Source of the DNA: Dicyema japonicum
Lineage: Eukaryota; Animalia; Dicyemida
Direction: 5' to 3'
Assembly (NCBI GenBank): GCA_011109175.1
Contig: RDEW01000038.1
Span: 7,616-71,615, forward strand
Length of the DNA: 64,000 bases
Part shown: in pieces, positions 35,831 through 52,069 of the stretch
How the letters are laid out: every line of letters begins with the position of its first letter
How positions within the stretch are numbered: position 1 is the first letter of the stretch
Made by a program: the position numbers and the translations under genes
The notes under the pieces: generated by a model
Seen by the model: the letters and a program-made list of their open reading frames with translations, nothing else
What the model was told of the DNA's origin: nothing
Database searches by the model: none

Positions 35831-36169
35831 ATTTTCGGTCTCCGGGGTAGTGTTATCGGCCAGTTATTTATTTAAGCTGGGGTTAATTAATTAATAAATA
35901 AATAGACATCGGCCTTGAATAGATTGAATAATAACAACCCTTTCACAAGAACCATAATAATTATATCTTCACATAGGCAGGACACACACTTTAATAGAGT
36001 AAAGAACGGTTATGTAACTAATCGTTGAAAGGGAGGAAACAAAACAATGTTCTCAACTTTTTTTTATTTTTTGAGTATCGATAAAGAGATAAATACTCTT
36101 ATTTTTTATATTAGTTTAAAGCTGAAAAAATAATGTTTTTATATAATAATTTTCAAATTATTTAAGACT

Positions 36170-36791
36170 ATGCAGTCAGATGATTTGGTCCCCGAAATTG
36201 TTTGCAATAGAAGATGGATTGGGTCAACACTGGTGAGACATATCCACGGCTTATGCAGAGTATCATTTAGTAGTACTATTGGACTTTCTGATTTTGTCGT
36301 TTGTAAAAATTTCCCTTTACTGCATGTCAAATCATCTGAGACGAATGCGACAGAGCGCATAAAGTCTTTCAAGTTGTAAAGGTCCCTTATATAATTTATT
36401 AGGTCGATTGGGGAAGTAATTGTTATTATTGAGGGGAGTTCTAGTCAATTGAGTGAAATTTGCTTTGAAGAAGGCCTTAAAATGGTCAATGTCGACGATG
36501 ATGTTTGTTGTGCTCAATTCCTATCAGAGCTTGTTTCTGTTAGTAAGAGGGCGCTCAACTCCTCTTCTGAGGCGGATCACACTAAATCAGTAGATTCTTC
36601 TGTTCTCTCCCTGCTGACCACTCTCATTGGACGAAAGGCTGCCTCAAAAATACTTTATAAATATTCATGTAGACTTGATATTTATCATAGCTATTCAGCA
36701 GATATCCAATCTTACACAGGCTGAAATATCTGCTACTATTGGAAATAAAAAATCGCTTATTTTATTAGATTTTTTTGATTATTTGAATTAA
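36170..36791 (+). CDS. FAAP24: Fanconi anemia core complex-associated protein 24
   Basis: IVCNRRWIGSTL...DF...LLHV matches the FAAP24 N-terminus (IVANEKWRGSQL). After 30- and 22-nt introns, the C-terminus KYSSIQQISN...IG matches the HhH2 region. Confidence 0.8.
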
Positions 36792-36827
36792 TTGTTGATT
36801 GTGTTAGTGTATTAATGGATTTGTCTG

Positions 36828-37572
36828 TTATGAGTTGCTTCGGCAGAGGAAACTATGTAAATTTGTGCATACGTCATTCATGAGTCTTTCGTCCTCATCC
36901 AAGTAGTAGCATGGTTTCTTAATGTCTCGCAAACTCGTAATATTCTTGTAGTTGTAGCGCTATTATATCAATTATTTTGAAAACTACAGTAGGTGTGTTG
37001 AGTCCATTTCTCACAGTACCTCTGAATAGTCTGTAGTTGAGCCACCCTCTGAAACCGTCAAACTTCGATAAAAATTTGGCTTCCTCATCGTCCAACACGT
37101 AAACGACCTTTCCACCAAAGTAGGAACACACTTTATTGGCCTTTTCCAGTGTAAGTTGGACATTGAATCCTGTATAGTACTTACTGCTATACAGGGTCCT
37201 GCCATTGCAGTTATTGAATCGTACTGCCATTACATATAAAATACGTTTTCGAAAACAGACTGGTATTGCCTCTCCATTGCAATCCACCGTGTTTTTTTCG
37301 CTGTCGTAGCAAGACTTTTTTTAAAACAATTTACTTACCCCGTCTTTCTTCCAATATTTGCGGTCGGTCATATTACAGTGCATTGTTTGAGAAGTTAATG
37401 TTTTACTGCAAACAGAAACATCCCAGTCATCAGTCAAATCACCATTAATATCTTGGCAAATTTGTGACGCTTGAGAAAATGTTACTTTTACTGGAAAAAT
37501 AAAAGTATTGGAGTTTCCATATCCAGAAAAAAGCAGTACATTCAAAACCAAACAGATTATCACACGTGACAT
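36828..37572 (-). CDS. Secreted protein with two C-type lectin-like domains
   Basis: Signal peptide MSRVIICLVLNVLLFSG. It has TFSQASQICQ and TLEKANKVCSYFGGKV motifs and the terminal CYYL...NDVC...FLC. Three introns of 23, 21 and 28 nt. Confidence 0.75.
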
Positions 37573-38689
37573 TACTATAGTCAGTTTTATTTCAAAATAT
37601 ATAACCACTGATGCAACACGTTGTGATCAAGTGATTTTTAGCAACCATATGCGTATTCACTCATTGAACTAAAGCAACAACATCAAAGTATATGGGAGAC
37701 AGATGGAATAAACATTTTTACTCCTTATTAAGAGTACGTTCAAGAACTAATATTATAACTAATTATTTAGTTCCTCCGCAAAGCAGAAGATCAGTGTTCA
37801 CTGTCCTATTCAGGTGGCGTATCCAAGGCTTCTTTAACAGAAACTCATAAGTCCAATGTCTCTTGAATCCATTATTTTGTCCATGCCCACGAGAAAAAGG
37901 GAAAAGAGAGGTTAAAAAAGATTAGACATTCTATGGAGGATGAATACAGTTATTGAAACCACATATTTTGGAAGAGCGCTACAAATTTCTTAGCTCGTTT
38001 ACTTCTAGTCAACTAAACCATAGCATATTTTGAGAGAGTCCACCACAACCAAATCTAAACTTTAATATCAGAAATCATACCCATTCATCATTCATTTCTG
38101 AGTATCTCCTTAGGTCTATTAAGTCAGCAAGATAGGAATCCCTTGGCCTTATAGCTAAGATCTGCCTTATAAGCGGTTTCGTGTTAAGCAATTTCTTTGC
38201 CTATAGAAATATAATGCAAAAAATACCTAACAAAATACACTATTTGAAATAAATGTCCCAATCAGATCCCTACCAATCCCGTACTACTCCTGCCTCATTT
38301 GTGTAGATAGTCGGTCTCTACCAAAGTGATTATAATTATGTTCTGACAAATAAATTGTGAATTTAAGGTGTACCTCTATTTTTTAGCCCAACTTCGTGTT
38401 CTTCACAAAAACTGTAGTTTTTTATTACCGTGGAAAATACAGGCCTTTTCCTTGTCTAAAACAAAAATTTTTAAAGAGTTTCTTAAGAATAAATCTGTCA
38501 AGTGGATTAATGTCGCCTCCTAAGTCAAGGTTATTACTGATTTCCTTTAATTTCTTTGATTTTTCTTGAGTTAATCTCACTAGACGCATTTGTTCAGGTT
38601 AAATTAATTAATTTTATTGATTAATTATTAAAATTTATAGATATATTTTAATATTATCCAATAAAATACTCCCTCCAGTTCCTGCCCCA

Positions 38690-40860
38690 AAGGAGTCATT
38701 TTCTCGCTGCCAGATGTCGACCATACCAATAACCTGTTGTTATGTGGAGATCTGAACACGAAGCATCCGATGTGTTTCAAAACCAGCCGGAAGACGCCAG
38801 AAGAATCCACTTACTATCGAACCTGAATAATCTAGTGATATTAAACGACCCTATATTCAATACAAAGGCTCCTTACAGAGCAAACGACAGGACGTCCTCG
38901 CCTGATCTTACGCTTGCTTCCTCAATCGTCTCTCTAGCCAATTTGTCAGTGTTTTACTACCATTAACCATAACCCCATTCTCATTACTTTCGAAAGAAGA
39001 GTGTCCATAAAAGAAAGCTTATTTACGCCCAAACTACAAAAACGTCGACTGGTGATTGTTTTCATACTTTGTCGATTACAACTTTTATGGTTTTGACCCA
39101 AACAACTTGAACTCCTTCGATAACGAATTACACTACTTCAACGTGTAGTGTGTGAGGGTATGAGGACTTTTATCAAAAGAAAGCCAATCCATTTCACGAA
39201 GAAGCCTTCCCGGGGATCCGATTCATTTTAGAAGGAAAGACATTGCTTAAAAAACCTATAGATTCAATCTTGGGAAACCAGGATGAGGATTCGTGCCTTA
39301 GATGGAGAGATCAGATACAAGGCCAAGATGAAACAGGATTTCATGTCCACTCTAATCAAACAGTCCTTCCTCACAAGGATTTTGAATACTCTTCGGGGCT
39401 TCACCAACTCTGTGAGGACGCCTCCTTGCGAAGACCTGGAGAAAAAAACTTTTTAAATGAGATCATGAAGGTTTATTCTTCCGTGAGTTTTATCCCTCAC
39501 CAGAAAATTGAGGGTCCTTCCAATTCTTCCATCAAACCTAAACGTAACGCAACCACAAATAATTTTTCTATGGATGACGAGCGGAAGACTATTCAAAACC
39601 AAAAATCGTCCTATTCCAGAGATCGAGATGGAATCCCTACAATAGTATTGAAGAAAAATGGCCTTTATGATATCATATCCCCACCTGAAATTTCAACCTC
39701 TCCATCAGCAGGAACTCTACCTCCTATGGAAATTATCTGATATACGACCAATTTTACAACCAGGACGGCTGAAGGACTCATTGGCCTCTTACAATATCTC
39801 TTCTGTGTGCCTCTTCCAAAATTCTAGAAAAACTCATTCTCTCTATCAGATTAAACCTTCCGGACGTATCCTTCCAACATGATTTTAAGAAGGGTCACTC
39901 TACAACTACTCACCTTACATGTTTAACGAAATTCATCAAGAAGGGCCTAAAATGCAAACCTCAGCATCAGAAGACCCTTATGTACTCCATTGATATACGG
40001 GAGGCTTTTGACTCGATTCCGAGGAAATTACTCACTAAGAAGATTTTTGGCTGTAACATTCCAAACAATTTGAAAATTTAGTTTGCAGGCTTTTTCAACT
40101 GACGTAGAATTAGAGTAATTTCATATTCCACATTTTTTGTCACTAATTTTTTACCTAATGAGGTCCCACAAGAATCCCTATTTTCACCCATTCTCTTCAA
40201 CTTCCTTATGAGCGATGTGCCTTCCCATAGAAGCAAGAACACTCTTGTCCTTGCTTATGCTGACGACATAATCTTGGCAACAAGAGACAAGTGTGTTCAT
40301 ACAACGGGTACCGGCTAACAGATTTACTGGACAACCTGAGCTGTTGACCCGTGAGGGACCTATTAAATAAATCCTGAAAAGTCTGCACAATGATTTTTAC
40401 TTCAAATAGCAAAATCGGCACCTTTTTTACCCTTCATGAATGTCAATCCCCTCCACGAAGTCTGTCAAAATACTAGGAATGACATATGACCCCCTAATGG
40501 CTTTCAGGAAGCATGTCAGCAACGTCGCTAAATTTTGTAAAAACACTTCTTGGATACTACAAAGGTTGTTTCTACTAAACATTAAGCCAACTTTATACGC
40601 TATACACACAACCCACAATCAGCTACTGTTGTGCGGCATGAGGCACAAATATCCTATAAGTCAATGTCTTCCAAGTAAGCGTCATACAAAGGTTCTCCCC
40701 GCAGTTACTAATGCCAACTCCGTTCGAGGAATTGTGAGGAGAATGGGAGCCCGAATGAAATCTCCAAAAATTAGAAAAGTGCGTCGGTTCTTGGGAGGAA
40801 CACCGAGAAAGGATGAGACGGCTGCCTAATGAGGCCGGGTTCACCCACGGCCACCTATTC
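38690..40860 (+). mobile_element. Decayed LINE (APE + RT, I/Jockey-group)
   Basis: LLCGDLN, SSPDLTLAS, LAYADDII and VKILGMTYD, with many frameshifts. Confidence 0.85.
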
Positions 40861-42120
40861 CCTCTTATTTTGTCGTTGATTCTTGGTTTTAAATAAATAG
40901 GAATATGAGATAATGTATCTTGAGTTCATCATTTAATCCATTCACATAAAAAGAATGGTGAACGACAGAAGATGAAGGCATTCCGTGCGATGTGGGTTCA
41001 TCACCACCTCAGCCTTCAGAACATTAAACTTAATCAAAATATTTTCAAATTTTCTTAGGTAATTACAAATGAAAGTAGAAAAGAGACCGTCTTTGACCGA
41101 AGACTCTGCTCGACAACGGGCTGTACATAGAATCTGGTGGAGAGGTTGTCATATTTTTTTACGCGGAACCAGCAAGTCTCGACTGGGAGAAGGTATCGGT
41201 ACAGGGCCCATCCTAAATCAAGCATTTCCTCCAAGAGAAGGAGAAAATTAATATTAAAAGATTTCCGAATCTATTTGAATATTATCGATTACTTTTAACA
41301 ATAAACAACATCTTTTCAATTATTAATTAGCTCTTTCATGAGAGCACATGCAGCAAAAAAACAATTTTAGACATCAATCTCTTCTACACAGCTCTGTTGT
41401 TAGCTAGAACTCTCAATGAGTCCAGGTCGTCAGGGGCTTTCAGTTGTAGTTTTATGTTATTCAGGTCCTTTTGAAAGACGACTAGAAATGTTACCTTAGG
41501 CTTTCTGCGGAAAACAGCACTCTTGACAAACAAAGTATTTTCAATTATTAGCACGTTTAATTGTTTTATTTAAATTATATTTATTTAAATAAAATATTAT
41601 ATAGTTTCATGTGTGGCATAAATTGCTATGGGATATAAGTCTGCAATGATTGGTCCAGTTCACCACAACAAGGAACGCCACAAACGAAAGGATTACTACA
41701 CCCATGTTTTAGTCTCCCATTACAAGATCAAAAAGGAGGTATGGAATGATTTTTTCAATTAACAGGGAAAGCCTCGTTTTAAGGTAAAGAAAGGAAATAA
41801 TGGAACAGGCTATGCTAACCTTATAAGGTCTAATTGTAAGCACTTTGTTGTTATCCAAGTCACTTCAAGCAACTATGCTATCATGGATTTGGAAAAATCT
41901 ACACCCCCTTCGTCTAATCAGACTGAGCAAGTGAGTGATGCTGTCTTCATCCGTCGTCACTCTTCTATTGAGAAAACTGAACGAAGACAGAATTGGTTGT
42001 ACGTGTTTGGTCATCATAGGCTTGACTCCAAATACTACGCCAGCCCGTCTAAACTTTCTAAACTTGAGAATTCGACCTTCCTTCCTCCTCTTGGCGACGC
42101 TTCGCAAATATGCACGTCCT

Positions 42121-42132
42121 CGTCACTTCCGC
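42121..42132 (-). promoter_or_regulatory. ETS-CRE composite motif GCGGAAGTGACG, about 300 nt upstream of the zinc-finger gene
   Basis: Exact 12-mer in a small GC-rich patch. It also abuts a LINE remnant, so function is uncertain. Confidence 0.3.
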
Positions 42133-42432
42133 CCGTGATTTTTTTCGGCTGTACAATGCGGGAGTCCCTTCCAGTTATTGACAAATTATTTTGAATTTAT
42201 ACTTTGTTTTGTAAATTTTTATATTTTTGATGAATAAATTAATTGGGAAATTAAGTTTTTAATTTAAAATGTGAAATAAAAAAATTTGCGGTCATAAAGT
42301 TATGTCTCTTTCATCTTGTTCGAATGTTTGCGATGGTTTTAGTAATTTGTTATATGACCAGATATTTTGATCTGTGGTGGGTGCTATTCCCGTTTCCTTT
42401 TCAGGGATATAAACACTTTCATTCATCATAAA

Positions 42433-43217
42433 ATGAACTGCCTTAAAACTTGTCATCCTTCAGCTGTTGATATTAATGAACAGTTATCCGTGTACATACC
42501 ATCCGATGTCTCTACACAGCAGGTTTTACCAATAGTTCACGTGTAGGTCAGTTCTAATCAACAATCTACCCCTCACTTAAATTTGCAACCCACTAGTTCA
42601 AGTTCTCCCCCCGAATGTTCTACTCACATTCCAATACCACAATCTTCCAGTCCTACCAACGTGTCTTCGTGCCAAAATAACCAGACCATTCCTTCAACGT
42701 CATTTACACCTGAGAATATCACATCTCTCTACACTGATTCAATCGCATCTTCGAAATATGAAGACAGTGTCCGTCCTTCGCTTCGTCAGCATGACATCAT
42801 GAACATCCTTAATCGCAATGATGAGACCACTTTCTTTCCCACTGTCGTAATGCGGCCTAAAAAGTCTTTCATTTGCAGATGGTGCAACTCGAGTTTCAAT
42901 CAGAAGATTCATTTACAAAAGCACGAGTATAAGCACACGGGTTTGATTTTACTAATATGCCAGGCGATAAGCCCTATAAGTGCGTGGAGTGTGACTACTC
43001 AACCGTCGAAAGGTCTCATCTTCGAGTACATACTCGTGTGCACACTGGTGAGAAGCCATTCAAGTGCAATTCTTGCAATTATGCCACAACTCAGAAGGGA
43101 ACTCTCAAGGTGCATCTACGAAATAGGCATGGAGCTCCAATTTATGAATGCGACAAGTGCGAGCACAAATTCTACTTCAACTACCAGCTCTCGACACATC
43201 TGCAGAACCACGTCTAG
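42433..43217 (+). CDS. C2H2 zinc-finger transcription factor (4 fingers, Ser/Pro-rich N-terminus)
   Basis: CRWC...HEYKHTG|DKPYKCVECDY...HTGEKPFKCNSC...CDKC...HLQNH. Introns of 24 nt (42523-42546) and 23 nt. Confidence 0.9.
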
Positions 43218-43338
43218 ACGTAGAATATTTATTTATTTACTCTACTTAACTCACATGGACTTTATTTCAATTGAAATTCACTTATTTGCATTTGAAATCG
43301 ATAACTCATCATATGAGGCAATAGAAAAATTACCGCAT

Positions 43339-43540
43339 TTCATTCTTTAATTTATTTGTCACGTGCTATGATAGTGCACCTACTTAGATATAGGCTTAGT
43401 TTAGATATTGTTCCAAGTGGGACATTTTGTTATTAAAATACAGACTTTCCTTCACCTAATGGACACGTGAGCTATACTGTCTGTTATTGAGAAAACTGAA
43501 CAAAGATAGAACTGGTTGCATGTGTATGGCCATCATAGGA
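43339..43540 (-). repeat. LINE-like 3' end, near-identical to 50623-50830 and related to 41880-42050
   Basis: Shared gtcacgtgctatgatagtgcacct...gagaaaactgaacaaa.atagaactggttgcatgtg. Confidence 0.85.
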
Positions 43541-44499
43541 TATAGTCTAAATACTACCTCACTCCGTGTGGGGACTAGGTGATTCACATAATTTTTGGTC
43601 GATGAAAGAATTGACATTAAGCTGATTGGACAATTTTTAGAATTCCGCAAGAAATAATCTCGAGAACCGAACATGAAACTACATGATAGCAATTTTTATG
43701 AAAATTAGAAGAGCACCAATATGCTGCAGAAAGGTAAAGCAAGTTATCTGAAAAATTCCAGTACCTTTGTTTAAGTTTTGCGCTTTGCTGTCAATTTAAA
43801 TTTTGCGCTTTGATGGTAACCTATTGGGCATGTGAATGATCATTGTCATAATTATGGGTCAATTAATTCATAGAATCAGTTAAATAAACCTTTTTGAGTT
43901 AATTTTTGAATCCAACAAGTTAAGAAATTAAAAAAACGGAATTAACACGTTTTACGTGGTAATATAAATCAACCTAACTATTTAGAGACAGAGGTTTGGT
44001 AAAAAATAGATAATAAGCACGTGAACCACAGTTCTTTTAGCCCATACACAATATTAAATGTCTGTCTTTTCCACACTGCTGTCAACCAGTTATATGATAG
44101 AATCCAGACCTTTTGAATTTTTAATAATAATATTCCAAAGACCAAGTGTAAAACCAGACTAACTAACTCCTTGATCCTGACGCGTTCCAGCGATTACATA
44201 ACTTTTCAGGTAACGAAATTGACTCCCGGTGCAAAGAATAGTTAGATACTTTAGAATACCGACCAAGCACTAGGCGTCTTCTTAGTAAGTTGGATCCAAT
44301 GATGCCATCAGAATAAAGGAAAATAAATTTTTAACCAATTAGCCACATAGAACCAAGTGGCACCACATAGTTTGAGGTTTTCAAATGCGGTAAGAATGTT
44401 GGATGAAAATAATTGAACAATTAGATTACACCACAATTAAAATTATTATTTAATAATAAATAAAATTATTCCAAAGACCAAGTGTCGACCTATCTAAAA

Positions 44500-44960
44500 C
44501 ATTTGATTGGCCAAAAACATTGAAAAATCATACCTGAAGACTCACAAAGCCTGAAATGGAAAGTCTGAACTCCTTTCATAGAATGCAGCTCAGATACATT
44601 CTAAAAATTTCCTGGCCAAAGCACATATCAAACAAACACCTTTATTCCCATTCGATATCCACCCATTGGACGGAGAAATAAGAAATAACAGATGGGGCTT
44701 ATTTGGTCACATTCTAAGAATGGACAGGAATACTCTCGCTAATCTCGCGATGGAGCACCATTATGTTCCTCATCCGGGATCGACTTTCCGGGAAGACCAC
44801 GAATTACTCTACCAACCCATCTACATCAAGATTTTACTTCGATTGGGAAAGGGTTGACGTCGGCAGATGATCTTGAGCACCAGAGGGACCTATCGAGGAA
44901 CAGAGGGAATTGGAAGCGATTAACAAAACGCATCCAGGAGAGGGTGGCACAAGCGAGATA
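44500..44960 (+). mobile_element. RTE LINE 3' remnant
   Basis: RWGLFGHILRMDRNT and RGNWKRL. Confidence 0.8.
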
Positions 44961-45767
44961 ACTTTACTTCCGGTGGAAAAAATATCTGGATCCTTTTTTA
45001 TGCCGACCAGACATTGGGCGTCTCCTTACTAAGGTGGATCCAATGACACCATGAGAGGAAAGGAAAATAATTTTTTAACTAACTAACCACATACCACTAC
45101 ATGGCACACTTGTCTAGATATTAGAAGGTCACTCTGTTTCCGTGACCATGGGAACCCTTCAACCGATGAGCATGTCTCACTGCCATATACAGCAACTCGC
45201 ACTTTATTCAGGATGTCCGTCCTTGTCGGTCTAAAATCACTTAGTTGATGAAGGAATTCTTTTCTTTTTTACCCAGTGATCCTAGCCAATCAATAATACT
45301 TTGACCGACCAATCATCTCCACGGTGTGACGTGCCTCGTTCTTTCACTGATTAACAACTGAGAATAATGTCTTGAAAGCAGAAGATAAAATAGAATGTTT
45401 CCCATTCAAGCTCTTCACATTTAATCAAAAACCTGGTCGATGATGATACTTTGAGATGACTTAGAATGATAAATTTTTTTTACAAAAGACGAAGATTGCT
45501 TGCCAGTCTCGATAAGAACCAATTTTCGATGTGGTTCACCTTCACGTGGAGAAAATTGGATGCCTGTATTAAACTGGCAACTAAAAGAACCACTTCTATT
45601 CCCCTGTCAACCTATTCACCGACCTCTGGGAAGTCGGACTGGATGATGGCGGCTATTGAGCTGACGCGTAGCTTTCGCTCCCAAAGATCGGATTGACTAC
45701 TCTTAATCCTAGCTGGGGACATCGAACAGAATTCCGGGTCCCATAAAACGGGAAATTCCTCAATATC

Positions 45768-47610
45768 ATGCAATTCAACATAAATGGCCTCACACACAAA
45801 TCAAATGAACTTTTTGCATTTCTAACTAATCACAAAATTGATTTTTTCATGCTACAGGAAACGAAAATATCAAAAAAGTCAACGCTTCCACACTACAAAG
45901 ACTACTCAATTGTCCGCCGTGATCGACCAAATTCAAACAGAGGAGGCGGTTTTCTCATACTAATACACAAATCTATTCCATTCTCCGATACTTCCGCTCA
46001 GACACAAGCTCTGTTTGAAGATGACGATCACATCAAACTTACTTCCGTCTTGGTGAAAATAAACCACACAAGGTATACATTTGTAAATATTTACATCAAG
46101 TCCCAGATGAAACATTACTCCCCAAAACTAACCGAATTGCAAAAGATTGAAAATGTGATAATCTGCGGAGACCTAAATGCAAAAGATCCTCTCTGGCTAA
46201 TCGGCCAAAAGAGTAATGAGAGGGGGTTTCAGGTCTTCTCTCAACTAGAATCCCCCAAAACGACTATCCTCGCATCGATCGACCTAACCAAGGCGTTCGA
46301 TCAACATCAAGGCGCGTGCTAAGTAACAAAATTCTTACATCTCAAATTCCTTGGCTAAAAAATTTCCTCTCTGGAAGAATTGGTCGAGCTGAAATTATGT
46401 CATGTCTATCTCACTACAGACTCCTTCCAAATGGAGTTCCCCAAGGCTCCGTTTTGTCACCCACCTTATTCAACTTACACCTAAGCGACATTCCAATCAA
46501 TTCCAAGACACTTCTCCTATTTTATGCGGATGACATGATTGTTGCCTCTAAAGACATAGATGTTAACGAAGCAACAAAAAATGTTCAGATCCATTTGAAC
46601 ACTCATAAAGAGTGGCTTGGATCAAACCACCTATCCCCCTCTCCATCGAAATACACTGTCACTGTATTCACGTCCAACCGCCGCCAACTAAATTTTCAAC
46701 CAATTTTAACAATTCATGGACAATTACTCACTGGTACGAAACATCCCAAAATACTTGCAGTTATTTATGACCAACTACTAGCTTTCTCTAAACATGTGGA
46801 GGAACAATGTACAAAGGCCTCTCACAAGATCAACATACTTAAAACTGTGTCAAGTCATTCCTTTGGACAAAGCAAAGAAGCCTTAACCATCATAAACAAT
46901 TCATTTGAACAACTATTAACTATGCAAGCCCTTGCAGTCAACCTCTGCCTCTCTTACTTTTATTGACAAATAACAAAAAGTACAAAACATCGCGCTCAGG
47001 ATAATTACTGGATGTCTCAGATCAACTCGTGTCGATCATCTAGATTCTTCCAATTGGAGACCATCTGGAAATGAGAGCCCTGCATTTCCTCTCCCAAGCT
47101 TACAGTCTAGAACATCCCTGCCACTCCCATGCAAGCCGCAAAACAAAAGAAAAGTTATTATGACAACCAGTGACCTGTCTCGAATGATATCATCCATTCT
47201 TTCCATCCCCAATAACAGGAGACGTCTGAAACAGATACACGATTTTGCTTCTACGAGAAGCATCCGAAGACTCGGAGACAATAAAATATTACAGCGACCC
47301 CCTCTTCAAATAGACCAATCAGAATCCTCTCTTTCAAGGGACGTTCGAGTAACCCTGGCTCGTCTACAATGTGGGCACCACCCATATCTACCAGTATATG
47401 ATGTACTCTGTTTTTTTGCAACCTCCACGCGCTGACAACAAATCACCTATTTCAATGTCATGAATTGGCACAATACTTCTCCACAATGCCGGAACTGACC
47501 GATCTATGGGAACGACCAACATCTGCTGCGTACTACTTAATAGCTGCTGACCTCCTACAAGTTAGTGAGGCTGGGGTTACGTAATTAACTAACTAACTAC
47601 CTAACTAACA
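45768..47610 (+). mobile_element. LINE (APE + RT, internally deleted) with (TAAC)n tail
   Basis: QFNINGL, LQETK, CGDLNA, GVPQGSVLSPTLF, FYADD and TLARLQCGHH. The 3' end is gctggggttac followed by taactaactaac. Confidence 0.92.
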
Positions 47611-47689
47611 AGAACCACGGAAAAAATCGATTAATATGTCTACTCAGTGATTCAAGGAATTGTGGGATCGGATTTGCTACCCATTAGAG

Positions 47690-50220
<2,531 letters not shown>

Positions 50221-50839
50221 CATTAGAGATTAGCTCCTGGAATACACCGCATTTGGCCTGTGAAGGACAGGATTGGTGTCATCCAAATAGATCTAAGTGA
50301 CCCAAAATAAAATTCGCGATGGTTTGCCGGTAGAGTGTTACAATTGAGTTATCCCAATTCAAAGGGATCCTCTGAACAAGTGCACGTCCTCTGAAGGCCT
50401 TTGGTGAAGAGTTGCTTCACATGAGGCAATCAGCCAATCGTAGACAATATTCACTTTCTTCTGGGAATTAGAAAGGTTACGTGTTGGAATGATTAAATCG
50501 ACCGCGTAGAATAGTAAGACGGTGAGTCATGAAAGAATAGGTTGAAAAGAGTCGGAGAGCAGAGAACTCTGAGGCACTCCATTTGGTAGTAATCGTGATG
50601 ACCACAAATAACTCTTCACGTCTTCATTCTTTAATTTTTTGTCACGTGCTATGATAGTGCACCTCCTTAGATATAGGCTTAGTTTATGTATTCATGCTTG
50701 ATGTTCCAAGAGGACATTTTGTTATTAAAATACAGACTCTCCTTCACCTAATGGACACGTGAGCTATACTGTCTGCTATTGAGAAAACTGAACAAAAATA
50801 GAACTGGTTGCATGTGTATAGTGATCATAAAATATAGTC

Positions 50840-52010
50840 TATTTGAATCACCGGGTAGACATATTAATCGATGTTTTCCGTGGTTCTACTATAGCTTCAA
50901 GTTTGGGTGTACTTTTGAAGCAAAAATCTTCCCAAATGAGGGATTTCTTCAAATCTGTATCGAATACTTTGTCAATTTCAATGGAGACCAATGTCGTACG
51001 CATGTGAGGTGGAGTAGCATTAAGTCGTCAGCAATAAATTTAGATGGCCTAGTTAAATGCTTAGTGCTAGATCTTCCTGGACGAAAACCGTGTTGGAATC
51101 CAGGCTGAGGAGGATACGAAGTAATGACAGAGAGTACAAGTTTTTCGAAAATTTTTGATTGTGTGCAGGTTAGGGAGGTTGACCTCTGTAAGCAGAAGTA
51201 GTTTGCATCAAAATATCTTTTCGATTATTTAAATCATAATTTTGTAAATAAATAAAAATTCCGTGAAAATAAAATTATAATTTTTATGTTCGTTATTGTG
51301 TTCCATGTCGAAAATCATGGAAAGGCTGGTTCTCTCAAAAATCAAAGATTTTCTCCCAGACATGTCATTTCAACATGTTTTTGAAGAAGAGAGGTCTACT
51401 TCGACCCTTTTATTAAGGGTTGACTAACTTTATACGACATAGTTTTTCGCACAGACCGGGACACATGGAGACTGTAATTTGCTCCATTAACATCCATAAA
51501 CCTTTCGACTCTTCACGGAAGATTCTTTGAAAATTTTCCAAACAAAAATACCTGGAAAGCTTAAACTCTGGTTAGCTAACCTCCTTAGCGGCCGAATGGG
51601 ATGTGTCTGCATCAGACAGTCAAAATCTATTTCCCGGTTTTCAAGGATCCACTTTGTCTCCTTTTTTATTCAAGTTATTCATGGCCGATCTCACCACATC
51701 GGATGTCGAAAATGATATTCTTCGTTCTTATGCCGAGACATCATCGTAGCTTCCGCGATCGGGACATCCAGACAGCTCTTTGAGATTGCAACAAAACCTG
51801 GACCTCCTTAACGAATGGTTGTTGAAGAAACTCCTGACGACCATCACTAAGCAGTCCGTCACGACTCTTCTATCATCAGACAAGAGACTGGGAACAACAA
51901 ACAATAGTCTTTAGAAGATCTCAAAAGATCCTTGGAATGATTTTTGACATGCACATGTCATTCTCGTCCCATGTTGAAAATGTTATGATAAAATGTGTAA
52001 AGATGACTAA
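50840..52010. mobile_element. LINE RT remnants (- at 50840-51110; + at 51290-52010)
   Basis: FQHGFRPGRS on the minus strand. SKIMERLVL, KLWLANLLSGR and a YAD-like motif on the plus strand. Confidence 0.7.
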
Positions 52011-52069
52011 CGTGTTGAAATGTCTCTCTGGTCTATGGAGCTCGGAAATTATCCTGTTTTGAATTCTAT

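Noticed and set aside
36076-36083. TATCGATA (DRE-like) upstream of FAAP24
   Set aside because: A single AT-rich 8-mer is likely by chance, and DREF relevance in this lineage is unknown.
36834-36846. gttgcttcggcag resembling the U6 snRNA 5' end
   Set aside because: The match is only about 12 nt and is the antisense of the lectin coding sequence (LCRSN).
22063-37572. AG dinucleotides within 10 nt of several start codons as trans-splice acceptors
   Set aside because: Seen in about half of the genes, which is not clearly above chance without transcript data.
45139-45152. Second X-box-like palindrome GTGACCATGGGAAC
   Set aside because: Imperfect match, within repeat-derived DNA and not upstream of a gene.
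47585-47610. (TAAC)n tract as a telomeric or CRISPR-like repeat
   Set aside because: A short microsatellite tail at a LINE 3' end. There is no spacer array anywhere in the window.
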